In this document: positions 1 to 5,780 of the stretch, one piece after another | Layout: each line of letters opens with the position of its first letter | Numbering within the stretch: position 1 is the first letter of the stretch | NCBI GenBank assembly: GCA_035603895.1 | Contig: DATNJO010001142.1 | Coordinates: 1-29,168 of the forward strand | Direction: 5' to 3' | Length of the DNA: 29,168 nucleotides | From: Pyrinomonadaceae bacterium | GTDB taxonomy: Bacteria; Acidobacteriota; Blastocatellia; Pyrinomonadales; Pyrinomonadaceae | Translations under genes and position numbers: made by a program | The notes under the pieces: model-generated | Database searches by the model: none | What the model was told of the DNA's origin: nothing | Seen by the model: the letters and a program-made list of their open reading frames with translations, nothing else

Positions 1-828
1 TCAGCGCCGTTGCCGCCGCCGGTCGCAAAGAAGAAGTCGAAGCTGCCGTTGATCATCGTAGGCATACTCGTGTTTCTGTTGCTTAGTGGTGGCGCACTCG
101 CGGCTGCGTTCTTCTTCGTCGTCAAACCACGTTTGGACCAGATGGCCCAGGAGCGCAACCCACGCATAGTTGTGGAACCGACTCCCACGACGGCGACTCC
201 CGAACCAACTATCGAACAACCTTCACCAACGCCAACGCCCGAGGACGCCTATGTGCCTCCGCCGGGAACGGTTCAGTTTACGAATTCGAAAGACAAACTC
301 GATGGAGCACTGGCGTCGCACTATTTCGACTTCAGTTTTTACTATCCGGGCGGCTGGCAGAATGATCCGAAAGCAGGAGTTGCGGGTGCGGCCAACTTCG
401 TGAAGGTGGAAAGAAGACTTCCGCCGGACTTTACGCAGGAGAACTTTGTCGTGCGCTGGTACCCAAGCACCGGCACATTTGTTGGCGACTTGCCGAACTA
501 TCCAAAACAGGTTGAAGAATTCAGCGCCTCGCTGGCGAAGGCTTTTCCGGAATACAGGAAAATCTCTGATGGACCGACGAAGGTAAACTCGATGGACGCT
601 TACGAGTTTCGCTGGGAAGGCTTGTCGAAGGGAACGGAGAAGGGCGATCTGCATTTGTGGGGACGCGTGATTTTCCTGCCGACCGGCAAACAGGGCGATA
701 CAAGCGGCGCGCTTTTGAGTATGTTCACGACCTCGCTTGCGCCGGAACTGTCATCTGTGGAAGATGTGGGTACAAAAGGCGAAGCGCCGGTGATTCTCGA
801 CTCGTTCAGGTTTGGAAAGAAGAATTAA
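1..828 (+). CDS. 5'-truncated membrane-anchored protein: Pro-rich linker, TM helix, PT-rich stalk, PsbP/DcrB-like exported domain (possibly the C-terminus of a Ser/Thr kinase)
   Basis: Frame 1 is open from base 1 (SAPLPPPVAKKKSK). TM segment LPLIIVGILVFLLLSGGALAAAFFFVV, stalk EPTPTTATPEPTIEQPSPTPTP, then FSFYYPGGWQ and KVNSMDAYEF patterns of PsbP-like folds. The kinase identity is a guess because the N-terminus is outside the window. Confidence 0.6.
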   Translation, partial: SAPLPPPVAKKKSKLPLIIVGILVFLLLSGGALAAAFFFVVKPRLDQMAQERNPRIVVEPTPTTATPEPTIEQPSPTPTPEDAYVPPPGTVQFTNSKDKLDGALASHYFDFSFYYPGGWQNDPKAGVAGAANFVKVERRLPPDFTQENFVVRWYPSTGTFVGDLPNYPKQVEEFSASLAKAFPEYRKISDGPTKVNSMDAYEFRWEGLSKGTEKGDLHLWGRVIFLPTGKQGDTSGALLSMFTTSLAPELSSVEDVGTKGEAPVILDSFRFGKKN

Positions 829-834
829 ACCCTC

Positions 835-1476
835 ATGGCATTAAAGAAGCAGGAAACAGGGGCGATAAAGTTTTGGACGCCTCTGCGGGTTGTGACTACG
901 CTGATCGTGCTGGCACTGCTGGCGGCGTTTGGCGTGTCGAGTTGTAATTCAAACGATCCGGTGTCGCCGGTTTCCAGACGGACTGCGACTCCCTCAGCCG
1001 GAAACGAACCGACAGCGGCGTTGCCGGCGGCCGTGCTCGACGCTGAGATGAAGAGTGCGAACGGCGGCGATCCAATCAAGCTTTCGAACTACTCGGGAAA
1101 GGTGTTGCTGGTTAATCTTTGGGCCACGTGGTGTGGACCATGCCGGCGAGAGACGCCGGAGCTCGTCAAGTTGCACCAGGAGTATCACGAGCGGGGTCTG
1201 GAGATTGTTGGATTGTCTACTGAAGATCCGGTTGCATCACAGCAGACCGTGGAGGAGTTTGTCCGCAGTTACAGCGTCGGCTATCAAGTAGGTTGGGCGA
1301 CGCGCGATGTAGCGCTTGCGTTGATGAAAGGGCGAAATTCGATCCCGCAGAGTTTCATCGTCACGCGTGACGGACGCATCGCGAAACACTTCGTCGGTTT
1401 TGACCCGCGAAGCACGCCACCGTTGCTGAAGAAAGCGATCGAAGAAGCGCTTTCAGACACGGCTAGTGCTCGTTAG
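835..1476 (+). CDS. TlpA/ResA-family thiol:disulfide oxidoreductase, probable lipoprotein
   Basis: VLLVNLWATWCGPCRRETPEL (WCxxC thioredoxin motif), cis-Pro motif SIPQSFIV, N-terminal hydrophobic segment ending FGVSSC. Confidence 0.9.
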   Translation: MALKKQETGAIKFWTPLRVVTTLIVLALLAAFGVSSCNSNDPVSPVSRRTATPSAGNEPTAALPAAVLDAEMKSANGGDPIKLSNYSGKVLLVNLWATWCGPCRRETPELVKLHQEYHERGLEIVGLSTEDPVASQQTVEEFVRSYSVGYQVGWATRDVALALMKGRNSIPQSFIVTRDGRIAKHFVGFDPRSTPPLLKKAIEEALSDTASAR

Positions 1477-1489
1477 AAACAGTCTTTCG

Positions 1490-1702
1490 TCAACGCCGGC
1501 GATCCAGCATTGAAGGCGCCGGTTTGTCCTTATCCTCGTCGTTATCGTCTTCGTCAGTTTGTTGTAATCCCTCGGCGACGTCTTTCTTCGCCTGACGTTC
1601 CAATTCCTTCATTTCAGCCTTGGCCCGCTCGTCGGCCTGATCCATCGGCGCCGGTTCGTTCAGTTCATCCTGAGTGGTGATGTTGTTTTTGTCGATACTC
1701 AT
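1490..1702 (-). CDS. small acidic hypothetical protein (70 aa)
   Basis: ATG preceded by GGAGAA SD; fills the gap convergent with tlpA; D/E-rich, likely disordered. Confidence 0.6.
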   Translation of the reverse strand: MSIDKNNITTQDELNEPAPMDQADERAKAEMKELERQAKKDVAEGLQQTDEDDNDEDKDKPAPSMLDRRR

Positions 1703-1744
1703 CTGTGTTCTCCGGCAACTAGGCTAACAAGCCACCCGTTACGT

Positions 1745-1835
1745 AAAACTCGCGGCGTTTTTGTGCTTTTGTGTTTTTCGGGAATGAGCCAGATTTTCAA
1801 CGCCGAAGGTGTTAGACCTCAGCAACTTTGGCGTT
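1745..1835. repeat. degenerate REP-like remnants (half-copy of the 21461 element plus a decayed AACGCCGAAGG hairpin pair)
   Basis: 1745-1783 aaaactcgcggcgtttttgtgcttttgtgtttttcggga resembles 21496-21536. 1799-1813 aacgccgaaggtgtt is 14/15 identical to the core hairpin of the 20461 element, with an inverted partner ctttggcgtt ending at 1835. Confidence 0.5.
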
Positions 1836-1863
1836 AGATATCAAGGCCGGAAGGCCGGTTTTC

Positions 1864-1893
1864 TCGACAAATGTGCGGGAAGGGGAGTAGACT
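1864..1893 (+). promoter_or_regulatory. candidate sigma70 promoter TCGACA-N18-TAGACT giving a leaderless transcript at ATG 1901
   Basis: -35 at 1864-1869, -10 at 1888-1893, ATG 7 nt after the -10. Confidence 0.45.
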
Positions 1894-1900
1894 TCCGCCG

Positions 1901-2437
1901 ATGTATTTGGCGCTCGTGAGTAAGGCTGCGCGACTGCTGCTGGCAGTCAGCGTGTCGGTGTGGATGGCGGGCGGTTGTCTGTTTGGTTGTAGCAATGGTG
2001 AGGTGCTGGCGGCGGAAGTCTCGCCCGACGGGAACGAGGCAAGCGCCGCGGTTTCAGGCGAGAGTTGTGACCGGACACGTCAGCACGATTGCTGTACGCG
2101 GCCAAACGTGCAGAAGCCTAAAGCTAAAAGACAGATCGCACGTCAGACTAGAGCAACGCGGACCACTACCGGACTCGCGACAAGCCGGTCTACACTGACC
2201 ACAAGCCCGTCTGCGTTGACCGCGCTTCCGCACGGCATGAAAGATTGCCCGCTGATGACTAACGCCACTGCGGTGACGGCGAAGAGTAACGGCAATCTAC
2301 CGGACCCCGGCCCTTCGTCCATAGTCCTTCTGCCTGCGATCAAGAACACGAGCGAACAACTTGAATTCACGCCCGTACAGTCGTACTTACCAAACCGTGG
2401 CCCAACACATCTCCGCTGTTGTGTCTTCCTGATCTAA
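1901..2437 (+). CDS. Cys-rich membrane-targeted protein, candidate regulatory upstream ORF (DUF2946-like architecture), C-terminus RGPTHLRCCVFLI
   Basis: Start chosen at ATG 1901 (MYLALV). Hydrophobic LLLAVSVSVWMAGGCLFGC, motifs SCD..HDCC and MKDCPL, terminal CC. First gene of a 4-gene unit. Confidence 0.7.
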   Translation: MYLALVSKAARLLLAVSVSVWMAGGCLFGCSNGEVLAAEVSPDGNEASAAVSGESCDRTRQHDCCTRPNVQKPKAKRQIARQTRATRTTTGLATSRSTLTTSPSALTALPHGMKDCPLMTNATAVTAKSNGNLPDPGPSSIVLLPAIKNTSEQLEFTPVQSYLPNRGPTHLRCCVFLI

Positions 2438-2499
2438 AGAGAGATCTGCCTCGACGCCGGTTTCAATCACCAGTAATCTCTCTCAATCTTAAGGAGAAC
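2423..2499 (+). promoter_or_regulatory. predicted SD-sequestering hairpin
   Basis: AGAGAGAT (2438-2445) pairs perfectly with ATCTCTCT (2476-2483). GTCTTCCT (2423-2430, Val-Phe-Leu codons) pairs 7/8 with AGGAGAAC (2492-2499, SD of the next gene). Confidence 0.5.
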
Positions 2500-2503
2500 A
2501 ATA

Positions 2504-2965
2504 ATGAGACCTCATAAGAGCACTATTCTGATTGCGCTCGTCGCGTTGCTGCTGACAGCGTTCATCGCTGTAGTGGCCCAACAACCTCCAGCTCAAAGCG
2601 GAGATCAGAAAAAGAAAACCGAGTCGTGCTGTGCGATGGATTCGTGCTGCAACGGCGATTCGTGCGATATGAAGAAGAAGGAAGGCACGACCGCGAACGC
2701 CGACTCCACCACAGCCAGCGCCGACGCTAAGCATGACTGCTGCAGCGATTCGTGCGACATGAAGAAGGAGGGCACGACTGCAAACGCCGATGGCGCCACG
2801 AGTGCTGACGTCAAGCATGATTGTTGTGGCGAGTCATGCGACATGGCGAACCACGCGAAACATGACATGACGAAGCACGACAAGAAGAGTCATGCCGGCG
2901 ATGGTTCCTGCTGCAAAGCGAAAAGCAAAGACGCTAAGCAGAAGGACGCCAAGGAAAACAACTGA
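2504..2965 (+). CDS. secreted Cys/His/Met-rich metallothionein-like protein with internal repeats
   Basis: AAGGAG SD; signal peptide ending AVVA-Q; 13 Cys (five CC pairs), 6 His and 5 Met in the mature part. Confidence 0.75.
   Translation: MRPHKSTILIALVALLLTAFIAVVAQQPPAQSGDQKKKTESCCAMDSCCNGDSCDMKKKEGTTANADSTTASADAKHDCCSDSCDMKKEGTTANADGATSADVKHDCCGESCDMANHAKHDMTKHDKKSHAGDGSCCKAKSKDAKQKDAKENN
2645..2845 (+). repeat. intragenic tandem repeat, about 2.3 units of CCx(x)(D/E)SCDMKK(K)EGTTANAD...ADxKHD
   Basis: Units of 31 and 28 codons plus a partial third, visible in both DNA and protein. Confidence 0.9.
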
Positions 2966-2978
2966 CGCGTTTCATAAC

Positions 2979-3011
2979 CTCTCCCGCGAAGGGCTATCCT
3001 TTGCGGGAGAG
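2979..3011. other. intra-operon 14-bp hairpin (mRNA-stabilising or weak terminator)
   Basis: ctctcccgcgaagg-gctat-cctttgcgggagag with one G-U pair and no U-tract; shares the cccgcaaagg core of the 21461 repeat. Confidence 0.5.
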
Positions 3012-3043
3012 TCCTGACAATATATTTCCGGAGAAATACTGCA

Positions 3044-3520
3044 ATGAGTAAACCCTGGCTAATAATCGCAGGCATCGCAATTCTCGGCGTCGTGGCCATA
3101 CTGATGGTCGACACAAAGTCGACCCCCACAACGCCGGCGCCGCCGTCGGACCATTTAACATCACATCCTCCCATCCAAACGCCGGCAACCACGGCGACAA
3201 CCCTGCCCGCGCACTTCGAACAAGCGCCCAGCCGTTCGAGCCTTGGTCCAACGCTGCCACCGGAACAGTTCACCGGACTGGTTCGCGATGCTTACCGGGC
3301 AGCGCGTGAGATACCACAGACAATCGCGCAAATGCCGTGTTACTGTCATTGCGATCGCGGCATGGGCCACAAGAGTCTACACAGTTGCTTCGAAGACGAT
3401 CACGCGTCGCATTGCGCGGTTTGCGTCAACGAAGCTTTGCTGGCGCTGAAGCTCGAGAAAGAACAGAAGCTTTCGCCCGCGCAGATACGAGATAAGATCA
3501 TCGAACAATTTGGACAGTGA
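3044..3520 (+). CDS. PCYCGC-motif (CYCxC) family membrane-anchored protein
   Basis: MPCYCHCDRGMGHKSLHSCFEDDHASHCAVC; N-terminal TM WLIIAGIAILGVVAILMV. Confidence 0.85.
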   Translation: MSKPWLIIAGIAILGVVAILMVDTKSTPTTPAPPSDHLTSHPPIQTPATTATTLPAHFEQAPSRSSLGPTLPPEQFTGLVRDAYRAAREIPQTIAQMPCYCHCDRGMGHKSLHSCFEDDHASHCAVCVNEALLALKLEKEQKLSPAQIRDKIIEQFGQ

Positions 3521-3536
3521 AGGAGGATCAGGATAA

Positions 3537-4073
3537 ATGAGTAAATACGCTTTTCTTTTTGCGTTCGTAGTGGCCGTCGTGCTGGCTTGTCATCCGGTGA
3601 ACGCCGTTAGTGAAATCCCGTCAGTGGGAGCGGCTGCGCCAACGTTCAGCCTCGTCAACAACGAAGGCAAGCAGGTGAGTCTTAACGACTACAAAGGCAA
3701 ATGGGTGGTGCTCTATTTCTACCCGAAGGACTTCACGAGTGGTTGCACGCTCGAAGCTCGCAACTTCCAGCGCGACCTCGCGAAGTACGACGCCGCGAAG
3801 GCGGTGATTCTCGGCGTCAGCGTCGACACTGCGGAATCACACAAGGAGTTCTGCACCAAGGAAGGATTGAACTTCAAACTGCTTTCCGATCCGGATGCGA
3901 AGGTGTCCACGGACTACGGTTCGGTGATGGAGTACAACGGCGCGAAGCTTTCCGCGCGCAACACGTTCATCATCGATCCGCAGGGCAAGATCGCGAAAGT
4001 GTTTGAGAAGGTTAAAGTCGGCGGGCACAGCGACGAAGTGCTGGCAGCGCTGGCCGAGTTGAAGAAGGGCTAG
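3537..4073 (+). CDS. bcp: BCP/PrxQ-type peroxiredoxin with export signal
   Basis: VVLYFYPKDFTSGCTLEA (PxxxTxxC), second Cys in KEFCTKEGLNF, SARNTFIIDPQG; N-terminal FLFAFVVAVVLAC. Confidence 0.9.
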   Translation: MSKYAFLFAFVVAVVLACHPVNAVSEIPSVGAAAPTFSLVNNEGKQVSLNDYKGKWVVLYFYPKDFTSGCTLEARNFQRDLAKYDAAKAVILGVSVDTAESHKEFCTKEGLNFKLLSDPDAKVSTDYGSVMEYNGAKLSARNTFIIDPQGKIAKVFEKVKVGGHSDEVLAALAELKKG

Positions 4074-4079
4074 ACGTAC

Positions 4080-4199
4080 AGCCACAAAGAGGCACAAAAA
4101 GCACAAAAGGCACAAGAGAGAAAAGGTAGAAAAGTAGAAACGCTCACTACCTCTCATTTCTTCTTGTGCCTCTTGTGCTTTTTGTGCCTCTTTGTGGCT
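4080..4199. repeat. 37-bp inverted repeat built of GCACAA(A/G) subunits (REP-like / bidirectional terminator)
   Basis: Arms at 4080-4116 and 4163-4199 with one mismatch; lies between convergent genes and overlaps the TAG of the minus-strand gene. Confidence 0.85.
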
Positions 4200-4554
4200 A
4201 CTTCTTTTTGATCGCAACCACTTTCATTCCGTCGGTTGCGTTCTCGACTGTGAAATCGATCCGGTCATTGACGGCCAAGCCGTTCAGCAGGTTGGCGTCA
4301 GTGACCGGAAATTCCATTTGCATCGCGGGCATCAGTCCCTCGATGTCGCCGTGATCGATCTCGATCGCCGGACCTTTCGGGTTAACAGCCTTCACCACAC
4401 CTTCAGCTTTGTACTGATTGGATTGAACTGCCGCTGCCGGCCCGGAAGCAGGCGCCGGAGTTGCAGTAGGTTTCTGACCAAATTCAACACGGCTACAAGC
4501 TGCGACAACTGTTAACGCCAAACAGGAGATTACGACCCAACCTTTGCGAGCCAT
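4198..4554 (-). CDS. CusF-like copper-binding lipoprotein
   Basis: IDHGDIEGLMPAMQMEFPV (His + MxxMxM), OB-fold pattern YKAEGVVKAV; lipobox VVAAC. Confidence 0.85.
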   Translation of the reverse strand: MARKGWVVISCLALTVVAACSRVEFGQKPTATPAPASGPAAAVQSNQYKAEGVVKAVNPKGPAIEIDHGDIEGLMPAMQMEFPVTDANLLNGLAVNDRIDFTVENATDGMKVVAIKKK

Positions 4555-5774
4555 ACGCTTCTTTTTTCACCAACCTTTGTAATGTAAGCGACAAACAGCT
4601 TGCCTTTACTCAACACGCCGCTCGGTAGTTCGGCATTCGCTGCCACACTGACTGCCGCGTCCGCACTGCCGAGTTCGCGTATCTTCGTCTCCGGCTGTTG
4701 CCCGACTGAACCTTGCCAGATCGCAACCGCGCGATCGTTTGCGCTCACCAGTGCCGGTGTGCCTTTCACGTTTTCCTGCATCACCAAACTGCGCGGCGAG
4801 AAGGTTCGTCCCTTGTCGCGTGTTTCGGCGGAATAGAGTCCCGGCGCGTCGTTTTCACCGGCAGCATACCAAACTACTTTCAAAGTTCCATTTGCATCGG
4901 CCGAAAGTGACGGACCCGAAACCGGGCAGCCCTGCAACATCCACTTGTCGTCGCTGACAATTACCGGCGAAGAGAAACTAGCGCCGCCATCGGTTGAGCT
5001 CGCCACAGCGATGTGACGGAAGTTTCCCGGCAACACCTGCCGCCAACTCGCGAACAACGTGCCATCGGGCGAAACAGCCAGCGCGGTCTTGCAACACGGA
5101 CAGACATTCTCAGCGACTTTGCGATTCGCCGAGAAGGTCTTGCCGCCGTCGGTCGATTGCGCGACGAAGAGTTCGCGATTGCTTTCCATGTGATGACCAC
5201 CGGCGTGCTTGGAAGGCTTCGGCTGGCTGATGTTTCGCTCGTCGAGCCAGGCGGCGTAGATCTTTCCGTCACTCGCGACTGCCAGCGAATGCATGCCGTG
5301 AGCGCCGGGCAGTTTGTCGTCGTTTACTTTCACAGGTGAAGCAAAACTCTTCCCATGATCGTGCGAGACGGAAAAGTAAAGGTCAGTTCCTTTCTTGCCG
5401 TTTGATTCCACCCGAGCGGTCCACAACACGTAGACGGATTTATCAGCGACAGCGACGCTTGGCGGATCGCCGCGCCATGCGGTCGCGACACCCGCTTGCT
5501 GGTTCACCATCACTGGCGAACCACTCGTCGCACCTTCGCTGTCGTAACGCGCGAGCATCACGTCTGACTGACTGTTTGCGTTGTGATTCACCCACGCGAC
5601 GTAGAAACCGCCGTCCGGTGCAATTGCGGTGACCGGCTCGGCGGCATCGACGTCGGATGACGAGATCTGAACCGGCTGAAATACTGCTGCGCGGGAAGCG
5701 TCGGCCGCGAAACGATTACAACCGGTCAGGAAAAGCAAACTAACCAAAACACCCAAACCCAGGATCTGTTTCAT
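4530..5774 (-). CDS. BNR/Asp-box (sialidase-fold) beta-propeller lipoprotein with CPCC and GCP motifs
   Basis: Asp boxes SHDHGKSF, STDGGKTF, STDGGASF, TRDKGRTF; lipobox FLTGC; motifs HGMHS, HAGGHHM, VCPCCK, GCPVSGP. Confidence 0.85.
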   Translation of the reverse strand: MKQILGLGVLVSLLFLTGCNRFAADASRAAVFQPVQISSSDVDAAEPVTAIAPDGGFYVAWVNHNANSQSDVMLARYDSEGATSGSPVMVNQQAGVATAWRGDPPSVAVADKSVYVLWTARVESNGKKGTDLYFSVSHDHGKSFASPVKVNDDKLPGAHGMHSLAVASDGKIYAAWLDERNISQPKPSKHAGGHHMESNRELFVAQSTDGGKTFSANRKVAENVCPCCKTALAVSPDGTLFASWRQVLPGNFRHIAVASSTDGGASFSSPVIVSDDKWMLQGCPVSGPSLSADANGTLKVVWYAAGENDAPGLYSAETRDKGRTFSPRSLVMQENVKGTPALVSANDRAVAIWQGSVGQQPETKIRELGSADAAVSVAANAELPSGVLSKGKLFVAYITKVGEKRSVWLAKVGS

Positions 5775-5780
5775 CGGTGA

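Noticed and set aside
1878-1900. AGGGGAGTAG resembling the start of a yybP-ykoY (Mn) riboswitch
   Set aside because: The rest of the motif is absent and the ATG follows within 10 nt; better explained as promoter spacer and -10
3320-3430. Selenocysteine recoding in the CYCxC protein
   Set aside because: All Cys are TGT/TGC; no in-frame TGA
4081-4200. Short periodic repeats as a possible CRISPR array
   Set aside because: No unique spacers, inverted rather than direct arrangement, and no cas genes
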